Positions 1 through 10,038 of a stretch of 64,000 bases of DNA are shown piece by piece (within the stretch, counting starts at the first letter, position 1; every line of letters begins with the position of its first letter). The stretch comes from Candidatus Dormiibacterota bacterium (GTDB lineage Bacteria > Chloroflexota > Dormibacteria > Aeolococcales > Aeolococcaceae): NCBI GenBank assembly GCA_963709585.1, contig CAVPXI010000021.1:1-64000 (forward strand). The letters run 5' to 3'. A program made the translations under genes and the position numbers. The notes beneath the pieces are model-generated. The model was not told the origin of the DNA and did not search any database. It saw only the letters and a list, made by a program, of their open reading frames with translations.

Positions 1-633
1 GCGTACGTGCTCATCAGCGGCGCGGGACCCGCCGCATTACGAAGTGCGCTCATGGCCGGCTCGGCGATGCTGGCCGCCGCCGGCGCGCGCCGCACCGACC
101 CCATACCCATGCTCGCGCTCGCCGCGGCACTCATGCTCGGCCTCGACCCGCAACTGATCGAGGACCCAGGGTTCCAGCTTTCGTTTCTGGGCACGGCCGG
201 GATCCTCCTGCTCGCGGCTCCGATCGCCGCGCGGGTGCCGGGACCTCGCCTGATCGCGGAGCCGTTCGCGGTCACGATCGCCGCGCAACTGGCAACGGCA
301 CCGATCATGGCCGGGACGTTCGGTGTGCTCTCGATCGCCGGCCCCATCGCCAACGCGCTCGTGCTCCCGCTCCTGCCCGTGATGATCGTCACCGGAGGAA
401 CCGGCTCGATCCTGAGCGCGCTGAACCCCGCCCTCGGCTGGGCGCTGCTGCAGGTCACCGGGCTGGGGACGTCGGCGATCACGACCTTGGCGGGTGCGCT
501 CGCCGCCATCCCGGGCGCGGCGATACAGGTGGGGAACTGGCCGGCCGCCTGGGCGATCGCCGAGGCCGCCGGCATGATCACGGCGCTGACGACCCTTGCC
601 GTGATGACTTGCCGGACGGCGCCGCTTCGTTGA
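1..633 (+). CDS. comEC: ComEC/Rec2 competence protein, membrane domain (5' truncated by window edge)
   Basis: Motifs 'ALRSALM', 'DPGFQLSFLGT', 'IANALVLP'; upstream of holA-rpsT as in the conserved comEC locus. Confidence 0.9.
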   Translation, partial: AYVLISGAGPAALRSALMAGSAMLAAAGARRTDPIPMLALAAALMLGLDPQLIEDPGFQLSFLGTAGILLLAAPIAARVPGPRLIAEPFAVTIAAQLATAPIMAGTFGVLSIAGPIANALVLPLLPVMIVTGGTGSILSALNPALGWALLQVTGLGTSAITTLAGALAAIPGAAIQVGNWPAAWAIAEAAGMITALTTLAVMTCRTAPLR

Positions 634-1418
634 ACACTCGAGCGCTGCTCGCCTCCAGCCTCGCCGGCGTCCTCGTCGCCGGCGCGGCGTGGGTGATCGC
701 CTCGCGGCCGGACGGCCGGCTGCGCGTGACCGTGCTCAGTACCGGATCCTCTCCCGCGGTGCTGGTTCGAACCGGCGACGGGAGCACCGTCCTCGTGGAC
801 GGGGGCTCGTCGCCGACCCAGTTGCTCGCCGCGCTGGGGAGGATCCTGCCTCCGGCCACGACCCACCTCGACATGGTCGTGGTCACCGGCGGCGAGCAGG
901 CCGCGGTCAATGGGCTCGGGGGACTTCCAGGCCACTACACGATCGACACGGTGGCGACCAACGGCGGTCTCACTCCGGGCGGGAACAACGTCGTGGGGGC
1001 GCTCGAGACCGCCGGCGCCAACGTGCTCGAAGCTGACGGCGGAGCGTGGTCGTTCGGCGGGGCGAGCTGGCGCTGTCTCGGCTTCATCGCGCTCGCCACC
1101 GGCCGTGCGATGTGCGCGCTCACCGTCGCCGACCCAACCGGCCGTCTGCTCGTGCTCGGGGACACCGGCACGGCCGACCAGGAGAACCTCTGCGCCGTCT
1201 ACGGCAGCGCGCTCGCGGCCGATCTCGTCGTGACCCCGCCGGGCGGGGCGATCTCCGCGGTCCTGCTCGCCACGGCTCGCCCGCGCGAGCTTGCGGTGCC
1301 GATCGTCCAGGGGGTGCCGGCCGCTCCGGCACCGTCGGGCTACCCAATCGATCGGACCAGCACCGACGGCGACCTGAATTACACGGGTGGCTCGGCAGGC
1401 CTCCAGCATGGCCCATGA
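630..1418 (+). CDS. ComEC C-terminal metallo-beta-lactamase-like domain, degenerate; separate gene or frameshifted part of comEC
   Basis: 'PDGRLRVTVL', 'VLVDGG', 'LLVLGD' match the ComEC MBL fold; TTG at 630 overlaps the comEC stop (TTGA); HxHxDH absent. Confidence 0.7.
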   Translation: MNTRALLASSLAGVLVAGAAWVIASRPDGRLRVTVLSTGSSPAVLVRTGDGSTVLVDGGSSPTQLLAALGRILPPATTHLDMVVVTGGEQAAVNGLGGLPGHYTIDTVATNGGLTPGGNNVVGALETAGANVLEADGGAWSFGGASWRCLGFIALATGRAMCALTVADPTGRLLVLGDTGTADQENLCAVYGSALAADLVVTPPGGAISAVLLATARPRELAVPIVQGVPAAPAPSGYPIDRTSTDGDLNYTGGSAGLQHGP

Positions 1419-1440
1419 CCGCGGTTGCGATACTGCATCG

Positions 1441-2451
1441 GTGGCCGCGAACCCCCCGCTGAACCAACTCACGCTCATCCACGGCGACGACCGTTTCCTG
1501 GTGGATCGATCGGTGAGGGAGTGGCGAGACCGGGCGCGGCCGCCGCAGCTCGACATCGAGGTGTTCGACGCCCCGGGACGGCTCAGCGAGTTCCGGCACG
1601 CGGTCGCTGAGATGCCGCTCTTCGATCCTGAGCGAGCGCTCCTGCTCCGAGACCCGCCACAGCTGACGGGATCGGCGAAGCGGGGCGGCGCCGATCCCCC
1701 GGAACGGCTGGTGGCGATTCTCGACGAGCTGGCCCCGACAACCGTCCTCTGCCTGGCGGCGCACGCCAAAGTGCCCGACCGCAACCTTGTGCTCGTCGCG
1801 GTGAAGGCCCGGGGCGGGTCGATCGTCTTCCACGCCGGGGTCAAGGGTCGCGAGCTCCGCTCGTGGGTCGAACGAGAGATCGGCGCTCGTGGCTTACGGC
1901 TCGGCGCCGGGTGGGTCGACCACCTCATTCGTGTTGCCGGCCCCGACCTGGGAAGCATCGCGTCGGAGCTCGACAAGCTGGTGGCGTTTGCCGCCGGCCT
2001 GCCGCTCTCGATCAGCGACGTTCGAACGGCTGTCGCCGGGGACGAGGCGGCCGGCCTCTACGAGACGCTCGGCGAACTCCTGGGTCCCACGCCCGCGAAA
2101 GGCGCCGAGTCGATCGACCGATTGCTCTCGGAGGGACGCGCCGGCCAGTATCTGCTGGCGATCCTCGCGGGCCAGATCCGCGACCTCGTGCTCGCCCAGG
2201 CGTACATGCAGGCGCACGGCTCGGGCGCCGGCCTCGCGGCCGCGCTCGGCAAACCCGACTGGCAGGCCGATCGCCTCAGCCGGCAGGCGAGGAGCGTGTC
2301 CCCGGCTCTCGCTGCCGGCTGGCTCGCCGCGCTGCACGATGTCGACCGCAAGCTCAAGTCGGGTGAGATCGCGGAAACGGACGGGCTCCGGCTCGCCGTG
2401 CTGCGCGCCGCTGCAGAGTTGACGGCCGAACGCGGTGCGCGTCGCCGCTGA
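1441..2451 (+). CDS. holA: DNA polymerase III subunit delta
   Basis: 'LIHGDDRFLV', 'SELDKL', 'DRKLKSG'; lies between comEC and rpsT; GTG start inferred. Confidence 0.9.
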   Translation: MAANPPLNQLTLIHGDDRFLVDRSVREWRDRARPPQLDIEVFDAPGRLSEFRHAVAEMPLFDPERALLLRDPPQLTGSAKRGGADPPERLVAILDELAPTTVLCLAAHAKVPDRNLVLVAVKARGGSIVFHAGVKGRELRSWVEREIGARGLRLGAGWVDHLIRVAGPDLGSIASELDKLVAFAAGLPLSISDVRTAVAGDEAAGLYETLGELLGPTPAKGAESIDRLLSEGRAGQYLLAILAGQIRDLVLAQAYMQAHGSGAGLAAALGKPDWQADRLSRQARSVSPALAAGWLAALHDVDRKLKSGEIAETDGLRLAVLRAAAELTAERGARRR

Positions 2452-2474
2452 CCGTCACCTGGCGCGGCAGCGGG

Positions 2475-2954
2475 TTAGGTGCTCTTGGGTGTCTTTGCGG
2501 CGGGCTTCGCAGGCGTCGTGGCCTGTGCAGCCGTCGGGGCCTTTGCAGCCGTTGCCTTCGCGGCTGGCGCTTTGGCGGCGGGCCTGGCCGTGGACTTCGC
2601 CGCCGCGCGCGCCGGCTGCTTCGCGCTCCTGCCCTTGGCTCCGCCGGCCGCGGCGGAGCGAACCGCCGCGCCCGCGGCTCCCTCGGCGACGTTCGTCAGG
2701 CGAGCAGCCATCGACGCGAGGCGCGACTTGCGGCGCCGAGCGTTGTTCCGGTGGAGCACGCCTTTCTCCGCCGCGCGGTCGAGCGCGCGAATCGCCGCGT
2801 GCAACTCGGCGTCGCCGGTGGCGCCGCCCTCTTCGAGCAGCGCATGGCGTGCCTTGATCACCTTGGTTCGGACCGCGGATTTCACAGCGCGGTTGCGCAG
2901 ATGTTTCCGCTCGCTGGACCTGATGCGCTTGCGCGCGGATCGGGAGTTGGCCAT
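2475..2954 (-). CDS. rpsT: 30S ribosomal protein S20 with Ala/Lys/Pro-rich C-terminal extension
   Basis: 'MANSRSARKRIR', 'KGVLHRNNARRRKSRL'. Confidence 0.95.
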   Translation of the reverse strand: MANSRSARKRIRSSERKHLRNRAVKSAVRTKVIKARHALLEEGGATGDAELHAAIRALDRAAEKGVLHRNNARRRKSRLASMAARLTNVAEGAAGAAVRSAAAGGAKGRSAKQPARAAAKSTARPAAKAPAAKATAAKAPTAAQATTPAKPAAKTPKST

Positions 2955-3045
2955 GCTCGCTCTTCTAGATCATTCGACAACTGGGGCGCGCCCCCCGGTC
3001 AGTGACGAGCCAGGGACGCACGAAGCCAGCAGTATATCAGCGACT

Positions 3046-3930
3046 GTGTCTCGCCTCTCCACGCGGGTCGTCCCCGCATACGCAAAGCTCAACCTCTCCC
3101 TGGCGGTCGTTGCCCGCCGCGCCGACGGCTGGCATGACATCGACAGCGTCCTGGTGCCCGTCGACTGGCACGACCTGGTCGGCCTCAGCGTGCAACCCGC
3201 CGACTCCGACAGCCTGTCCCTGGCCGTCGACGGACCGGCCGCCGCCGGGGTGCCCACCGGGGAGGCCAACCTGACAGTCCGCGCCGCCCGTGCGCTGCGC
3301 ACGCTCGCCGGCCGGCCGCTGGCTGTGCGGGTATGGCTGTCGAAGAGCGTTCCTCATGGCGCGGGCCTTGGTGGCGGATCGGCCGATGCTGCCGCTGTAC
3401 TTCGCTCCGGGGTAGCCGCGCTCGCGGGTCTCGGCATAACCGTCGACCCGGCGCGTATCGCCGTGGCTGCGTTGGAAGTCGGCAGCGACGTACCGGCATT
3501 GCTCTCGTTGTCGGCGCAACGCGTCCGCGGCCGTGGCGATCGCCTTGAAGCACTCACGACGCCGGCGCTCCACCTCGCAGTTGCCTCCACCACACCGAGC
3601 TCCACAGCGGGAACCTACGCCGCCGTGGCTGCGGATGAGATCCGTGACGACGGGCGTTCCGCACGGCTGGCGCGGCTCCTCGAAACCGGCCAGGCTCCCG
3701 TCCGCGAATTGATGGGCAGCGCCCTCGAGGCGGCCGCCTGCCGCGCCAACCCAACCCTCGCTGACGCTCTCGAACGCGCTCGGGCGGTTGTCGCCGGCGT
3801 CGACTGGTATCTCACCGGCAGCGGCGGCGCGGTGTTCAGCATCACCGCCGGCCGCGACGACGCCGAGTGGCTCGCAGCCGCCATGCGCGCCGCCGGGTTC
3901 ACGGCGCGCGCCTGCCGGACCGTCGGCTGA
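3046..3930 (+). CDS. ispE: 4-diphosphocytidyl-2-C-methyl-D-erythritol kinase
   Basis: 'AYAKLNLSL', GHMP motif 'PHGAGLGGGSADAA', 'LTGSGGAVF'; GTG start at 3046 inferred. Confidence 0.93.
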   Translation: MSRLSTRVVPAYAKLNLSLAVVARRADGWHDIDSVLVPVDWHDLVGLSVQPADSDSLSLAVDGPAAAGVPTGEANLTVRAARALRTLAGRPLAVRVWLSKSVPHGAGLGGGSADAAAVLRSGVAALAGLGITVDPARIAVAALEVGSDVPALLSLSAQRVRGRGDRLEALTTPALHLAVASTTPSSTAGTYAAVAADEIRDDGRSARLARLLETGQAPVRELMGSALEAAACRANPTLADALERARAVVAGVDWYLTGSGGAVFSITAGRDDAEWLAAAMRAAGFTARACRTVG

Positions 3931-3958
3931 CGCTCGCCGCACTACAATCCGATCCCCA

Positions 3959-4838
3959 GTGGCTGTCGCCGATGCACCTTCCGTCTCGCCGCCGACGCCG
4001 GAGACGTGCGACCACCCCGCGCCGGTCACGGGGATCCTGGCGCACGAATTCGCCCACTATGAAGGCGCCATCGGTCCGGAGGGACTTCGCCGCACCGTCA
4101 CGTACTACGGCCCGATCGTGGGTGGTTTGCCGATTCGCGCATGGCACTGCGAAAAGTGCGGGTTGCTCCGGCTGACGTACCCGGACGGTCGCACCGAGGA
4201 GCGGCGCCTCTTCCCGGGCCCGCAACCGGGGTTGCTTGCCGCCGCATCGCCGGTCGCCACCGAGCGGGTGCACTACGGCATGCAGGCGCGTGTGTCCGGC
4301 CTCACCGCACAACCCGCGTTCATCGATCAGCTCACGGGTGGCGAGTTCGATCGTCCGGCCGCTCCAGTTCCCAACGGTGACGCTGCCCGCATGGGATGCC
4401 ATCACCTGGCTGACCGTGCTTGGGATGATCTCGGTGCTCGTGGGACTGCTGCTGGCCGGGCTGTTCGCCGCAGTGTCGTACAGCACCCCGAGCGTCGAGC
4501 TACCGCTGGTACTCACCATCGTCTTCATCTTCATCGGCGTCGTCGCCCTGCGACTGGTCGTCCTGGCGATCCGGCACTTCGCTCCCGCGGAGAAGCTCAG
4601 TCCGAGCGTGGCGGAGACGATGCGGGGCACGCCGGAGCTGGACGCGGCGACACGGACGGTGGTCTTCCTGCTGGTGCTCTGCGTGATGGGTCTGTTCGCC
4701 GGCGCCGTGCTCGCGACGTACACGTACTCCACCCCGGGCGCCGAGTTTCCGGTGGTGGTCGTCAGCGTCTCGTGCGCGATCATCGCCGCGGTGATCAAGG
4801 TCGTCGACGTGGCCGTGCGTCACTTCACCGGCCGGTAA
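3959..4838 (+). CDS. Hypothetical membrane protein: N-terminal HExxH/CxxC domain plus 4 TM helices (+1 frameshift near 4346)
   Basis: TACAAT upstream of GTG 3959; ORFs 3788..4933 and 4236..4838 join if one base is removed at GAGTTC 4343-4348. Confidence 0.6.
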
Positions 4839-4857
4839 CGGACCACTCGCGGAGTCG

Positions 4858-6289
4858 ATGCCGCTCCACACGCCGCCCGACCAGGACATCGTCATCGTCG
4901 GTGCCACCGGTGATCTTGCGCAGCGAAAGCTGATCCCCGCGCTCTACAACCTGCACCGCCAGAAATTGCTGCCGGCCAAGGGCGGCATCATCGGCGCCGC
5001 GCCGTTCGACTGGAACGATCAGCGTTTCCGCGACCTCGCCGAATCGTCCGTCAAACAGTTCTCGAGGACGCCGCTGCAGAAGACCGCCTTCGCCTCGTTC
5101 GCGAAGCGATTGCGGTTCGTTCCCCTGCCTCCGAACGGGAATCTCGCCGCGATCCGCTCGGCAACCACGCTGGATCGCCGCATCGTGTACCTGGCGGTCC
5201 CGCCATCGGCGTTCACGTCGCTCATCCAGGGCATCAAAACCGCCGGGCTTGTCGACGGCACGTCGATCATCATCGAGAAGCCGTTCGGTCACGACCTGCA
5301 ATCCGCCGGCGAACTCAACAGGACGCTGCATGAGGTCGTGCCCGAGCAGCGCATCTTCCGGATCGACCACTACATGGGCAAGGAAACCGTTCAGAACCTC
5401 CTCGTCTTCCGGTTCGGGAATTCACTGTTCGAGCGGATCTGGAACCGCGACGCGATCTCACGGGTGGAGATCACCGTTGCCGAGTCGCTCGGCGTCGAGG
5501 AGCGCGGCAAGCTCTACGAGGAGATCGGCGCGATTCGAGACATCGTTCAGAACCACATGTTCCAGGTGCTGTCGCTGGTTGCGATGGACCCACCACTTTC
5601 CTTCGATGCCGAGGCCATCCGCAACGAGAAGGTGAAGGTGCTCGAGTTCGATACAGCCGATCCATCCGCACGACGTCGTCCGCGGGCAGTACACCGCCGG
5701 GACCGTCGAGGGCGAGACGGTGATCGCCTATCGCCATGAGGACGGAGTGTCACCGACCTCGACCACCGAGACCTACGCGGCACTGCGCCTCCATCTCGAG
5801 TCATGGCGCTGGTCCGGCGTCCCCTTCCTGCTGCGCACCGGCAAGCGACTTCCGACCCGAGACACCCGCGTGGTGATCACCTTTCACGACGTCCCGCTGC
5901 ATCTGTTCAAGACGGCCGGCGTGCACACCCTGCATCGCAACCGCCTCGTGGTACGCATCCAGCCGGACGAGGGCATCGCGCTCTCGTTTGTGGCCAAGCA
6001 ACCGGGACCGGAGGTCACCGCTCAGTCGGTCGATATGAACTTCAAGTACGGCGACTCATTCAAGACCTCACCGCCCGAGGCATATGAGCGTCTCCTGCAC
6101 GACGCGCTGCAGGGTGACCACACGCTGTTCATCCGCGAGGACGAGGTCGAACACGGATGGGCAGCCGTCGAGCCGGTCATCGAGGACCCGCCGCCGATCA
6201 CGTTCTACGCCGCGGGCACCTGGGGACCGGAAGACGCCGGGCGGATCGCGAGCCCGAGCCACTGGGACGATTCGGTCGCCGCCGTATGA
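4858..6289 (+). CDS. zwf: Glucose-6-phosphate 1-dehydrogenase (+1 frameshift near 5647, probable sequencing error)
   Basis: 'GATGDLA', 'EKPFG', 'RIDHYMGKE', 'WSGVPFLLRTGK', 'EAYERLL'. Confidence 0.95.
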
Positions 6290-7248
6290 CCCCGGTGCTG
6301 ATCGGGGTCGATCTGGGGGGCACGAGCATCCGCGCCGCGGTGGCGATCGGTGACGTGACCCACGGCGAGCCGGTGCACCGTGACACTCCGGCGCAGGACG
6401 GTCCCGCGGCTGTGCTCGACGCCGTTGCGGAGTGCGCCCGTCAGGCCGCTGGCACCGCGCACATCCGGGGACTCGCGATCGGCATCCCCGGTCCGATCGA
6501 TCCCGGCGCCGGCGTGGTGCACGACGCCCCGAACATGACTGGATGGACCGAGGTTCCGGCCGCCGCGATGCTCTCGGAGCGGGTCGGGTGTCCAGTGGTC
6601 ATCTGCCATGACGCCGCTGCCGCCGGGTACGCGGAGCTCAAGGCCGGTGCCGGGCGTGGCGCCCGCCATCTCCTGTTCATCACGGTGAGCACCGGAATCG
6701 GCGGCGCGCTCTTCATCGACGGCGATCTCTACGACGGCGCAACCGGATCGGCCGGCGAGGTCGGCCACACTCCCATCAGCGACAACGGCCCGGCCTGCGG
6801 CCAGGGCCACCCGGGATGCCTCGAGGGCACGTCGTCGGGCACCGCGATTGCCGCCCGCGTGCGCGCCGAGCTCGCCGCGGGCACCGCCTCGTCGCTGCAG
6901 GGCGTCGATCCCGCGACCCTCGACGCTCGCGCGATCGTGACCGCCGCCAACGCGGGCGACGCGCTCTCGCTCCAGGTGTTCGACGAAGCGGGTCACGCGC
7001 TCGGCAGGGCGATCGGTGGGTTCATCAACGTCCTCGCCCCGGACACGATCGTCATCGGCGGCGGCCTCATCCACGCCGGCGATCTGCTGCTCAAGCCAGC
7101 CCGCCTCGCCGTGACCCAGATCGCCTTCGAAATTCCCTACCGCCGCAGCAAGATCGTCACCGCAGCGCTCGGCACCGACGCGGGCCTGATCGGCGCGGTG
7201 GCGTGGGCGGTTCGCAGCTTTGGTGGCGCTCCGGTCGGGATGCGCTAG
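6286..7248 (+). CDS. ROK family sugar kinase (glucokinase-like)
   Basis: 'GVDLGGT', 'STGIGG', 'GEVGH', 'CGQGHPGCLE'; ATGA overlap with zwf. Confidence 0.88.
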   Translation: MTPVLIGVDLGGTSIRAAVAIGDVTHGEPVHRDTPAQDGPAAVLDAVAECARQAAGTAHIRGLAIGIPGPIDPGAGVVHDAPNMTGWTEVPAAAMLSERVGCPVVICHDAAAAGYAELKAGAGRGARHLLFITVSTGIGGALFIDGDLYDGATGSAGEVGHTPISDNGPACGQGHPGCLEGTSSGTAIAARVRAELAAGTASSLQGVDPATLDARAIVTAANAGDALSLQVFDEAGHALGRAIGGFINVLAPDTIVIGGGLIHAGDLLLKPARLAVTQIAFEIPYRRSKIVTAALGTDAGLIGAVAWAVRSFGGAPVGMR

Positions 7249-7275
7249 AGACACACGGAGTGTGCCGGCAACGCA

Positions 7276-7305
7276 GAAGACCCATCGGCGAGCCGATGGG
7301 TCTTC
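7276..7305. terminator. Perfect inverted repeat, probable bidirectional terminator
   Basis: GAAGACCCATCGGC-GA-GCCGATGGGTCTTC between convergent genes; no long U tract. Confidence 0.65.
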
Positions 7306-7329
7306 GAGTGAGTAGTTCCGAAGCCGGGG

Positions 7330-7476
7330 CTACGCGGCCGCCAACACGCCGAGCGCGCCGTACCGCGCTCCGGTCTGATCGCACGCCACCTCGACGATTC
7401 GTTCGAGCACGGCGGACAGCTCCAGGTCGGACGAGATCGCGAAGATCGCGTCGAGAATCCGCTGCACCTCGCTCAT
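7330..7476 (-). CDS. 48-aa small protein resembling the N-terminus of DosS/DevS-type GAF sensor kinases
   Basis: Hand translation MSEVQRILDAIFAISSDLELSAVLERIVEVACDQTGARYGALGVLAAA*; TACGCT 7 nt before ATG; hairpin downstream; below the ORF track cutoff. Confidence 0.75.
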   Translation of the reverse strand: MSEVQRILDAIFAISSDLELSAVLERIVEVACDQTGARYGALGVLAAA

Positions 7477-7523
7477 GACGCCAAGCGTAGCCTGGCGCGC
7501 GTGATACGCCAGCGGAGGAGCAG

Positions 7524-8409
7524 ATGACCAACGCGATCGTGATGCGCGGTCTCACCAAGGACTACGGTTCGGGGCACGGGCTCTTCGACCTGGACCTTGA
7601 CGTTGCGGAAGGCGAGGTCTTCGGTTTCCTCGGCCCCAACGGGGCGGGCAAGACGACCACCATCCGGCTGCTCATGGGGGTCATCCACGCGTCGTCCGGG
7701 ACCGCCAGCGTGTTCGGCCTTGACTGCGACCGCAACTCGGTGGCGGTGAAGCGCGATGTCGGCTACCTTCCCGGGGACTTGCCGCAGTTCGGCGGGATGC
7801 GCGGCAGCGAGGTCGTCGCGTACCTCGGCGGCATGCGCGGCGGGATCGACACGGCGCGCGTTACCGAGCTCGCGGAGCGGCTGGAGCTCGACCTTGGGCG
7901 CCGCTTTCGAGAGTACTCGCGCGGCAACAAGCAGAAGTTGGGGCTGGTGCTGGCATTCATGCATCGCCCCCGGCTGCTCATCCTGGACGAACCGACCGGA
8001 GGTCTCGATCCCCTCAATCAGCAGACGTTCCACCGCCTCGTCGGCGAAGTAACGGCATCGGGGGCAACCGTCTTCCTCTCATCGCACGTGCTGTCGGAGG
8101 TCGAGGAGACGTGCTCGAGAGTCGGCATCATTCGTGACGGCCGGCTCGTCTCCGACATGACCATGGACAAGGTGCACGAACTGCGGTATCACGAGGTGGT
8201 CATCGAATTCAGCGGCGACGTCCCCGAGGCCGCCGTACGCGCTGCGACGGGTGTCGAGGATGTCGTCGTGCAAGGCTCGCGGCTCACGTGCACGGTGCAC
8301 GGCGGGTTCGATCACCTGCTCGCAGCCATCAGCGGCCACGCGGTTGTCGACATGGTCAGCAGGGAACCCAGCCTCGAGTTCGATCTTTCTCAGCTACTAC
8401 AGCAGGTGA
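7524..8409 (+). CDS. ABC transporter ATP-binding protein (+1 frameshift near 8379)
   Basis: Walker A GPNGAGKTT, 'YSRGNKQK', 'ILDEPT'; corrected frame ends 'SLESIFLSYYSR*' with TGATG overlap. Confidence 0.88.
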
Positions 8410-10028
8410 TGTCCGCCCGGCTGCTGCTGCGCCTGCATCGCGTCGGCTTGATCGCGATGGCGTACTTCGGCATCTTCTACGCGCTGGTGAACAGCGCGGC
8501 GTTTCCGGTGATCGCGGGGAGGACACGCGCCTCGCAGGAGACGTTCGGGCATTCGGTCACACTGCTCGGCGCCCAGTTCAGCTGGCTGCTGCCGGCGCCG
8601 CTGCGACCCGACACCGCCGCCGGGTACCTGCAGTGGCGTGGCTACGGATTTTTCGCGATCGTCTTCGCGGCGTGGGGCCTGCTCAGTGCATGCGGTGCGG
8701 TGCGTCGTGACGAGGATCGCGGTCTCGTGGAGTCCTGGCTGTCGTCGGGGATCTCTCGGCTGCGCCTGCTGGTGACGAGGAGCCTGTTCTTCGCTGTGCT
8801 GAGCCTGGAAATCGTGGCCGTGACCGGCACAGCCGGATGGTTGGGCTGTCTGATCGCGGGAACACCGGCCGGCGTCGCCGGCCTGGTGGGACAGAGCGCC
8901 GCGCTGTGGGCGCTCACGCTCGCGTGCTTCGGGATCGGACTCCTCGTGGCGCAGATCGCCTCCGAATTTCGTGCGGCGGCCACAACGGGCAGCTCATTGC
9001 TCGTCCTCATGTTCCTGCTCGACAGCGTCGGTCGCTCGAGCGTTCCTCGGGCGCCGTTCACCGACATCTCGGTGTTCTCGCTCTTCAACTCCTCCAACGC
9101 CGTCGCACCGGGCGGGGCGTTCGATCTGGCCGCGACGATCCTCCTGTTCGTCATCGGCGCGGTCGCAACCATCGTGGCATCGGTGGCGTTCGTCCGGCGC
9201 GACATCGGGACCGGATTGATCCGTCCGCGGCGCCGGCGCTTCGCCGAAGTCCACGCGGCCTCGGCCAATCCGTTGCTGCGCATTCCGGTCGTGCGTGGAC
9301 TGTGGATCCGGAGGATCGGATCGCTTGGCTGGACCGCGGGCATGGCGGTCGCCGCGGCGGCCGTGGTGCTCCTCGTCAACGTCACCGCGACCTTCTTCGC
9401 ATCGACACCGACGCTCAGTCCGTATCTTCGCGGCCTCCCCGGCAACGTGCACACCGTGCTCCTCGCATTGATCTGGCTCAGCTTTGCCCAGGCGCTCCTG
9501 GCCGTCTTCGCGATCACGACCGTGTCCCGCTGGTCGGCCGACGACTCGTCAGGAGTGCTGGAGATGCAGCTCGCCGAGCCGGTGCCGCGGTGGGCTGTGC
9601 TCGCCGAGCGTGCCGCCGAGCTCACCCTTACCGTGTCGCTGATGTCGTTTGCCGCCATGGCGGTGATCGTTGCGCTCGCACCCGCCGAGGGCATCCCCGT
9701 CGACGCCAGCAGACTGGCCGGTGCCACCGCCCTGATGGTGCCCTTCGCGCTCACCTTCGCCGCGGTCGGAGCGCTGCTCGCGGGCTGGCGACCGAGGCTG
9801 TCGGTCGTGACGCTCTCGACGATTGCGGTGATCTCGTACCTGGTCTTCCAGCTCGGGCCGCTCTTCAAGTGGCCGGACTGGGCCGACAACCTGTCAGTGT
9901 TTCAGCTGTATGGCACACCCCTGATCACGCCCGTGTTCGTGGGCGGGCTGATCGCGATGCTCGCTATCGTGATCGTGGGTTTCGGATCGGCCGGCGTCGT
10001 GCTGGCGCGGCGTGACGTCGCCGCATAG
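8409..10028 (+). CDS. ABC-2 type exporter permease (duplicated halves)
   Basis: About 12 TM segments; repeated 'DEDRGLVESWL' / 'DDSSGVLEMQL' motifs. Confidence 0.82.
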   Translation: MSARLLLRLHRVGLIAMAYFGIFYALVNSAAFPVIAGRTRASQETFGHSVTLLGAQFSWLLPAPLRPDTAAGYLQWRGYGFFAIVFAAWGLLSACGAVRRDEDRGLVESWLSSGISRLRLLVTRSLFFAVLSLEIVAVTGTAGWLGCLIAGTPAGVAGLVGQSAALWALTLACFGIGLLVAQIASEFRAAATTGSSLLVLMFLLDSVGRSSVPRAPFTDISVFSLFNSSNAVAPGGAFDLAATILLFVIGAVATIVASVAFVRRDIGTGLIRPRRRRFAEVHAASANPLLRIPVVRGLWIRRIGSLGWTAGMAVAAAAVVLLVNVTATFFASTPTLSPYLRGLPGNVHTVLLALIWLSFAQALLAVFAITTVSRWSADDSSGVLEMQLAEPVPRWAVLAERAAELTLTVSLMSFAAMAVIVALAPAEGIPVDASRLAGATALMVPFALTFAAVGALLAGWRPRLSVVTLSTIAVISYLVFQLGPLFKWPDWADNLSVFQLYGTPLITPVFVGGLIAMLAIVIVGFGSAGVVLARRDVAA

Positions 10029-10038
10029 GAGGTTGGCA

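Noticed and set aside
2479-3045. N-terminal extension of IspE
   Set aside because: It is the antisense shadow of rpsT
7524-10028. 834-aa ABC ATPase-permease fusion
   Set aside because: Removing one base at 8376-8381 gives a normal ATPase C-terminus and a TGATG overlap; likely an indel artefact
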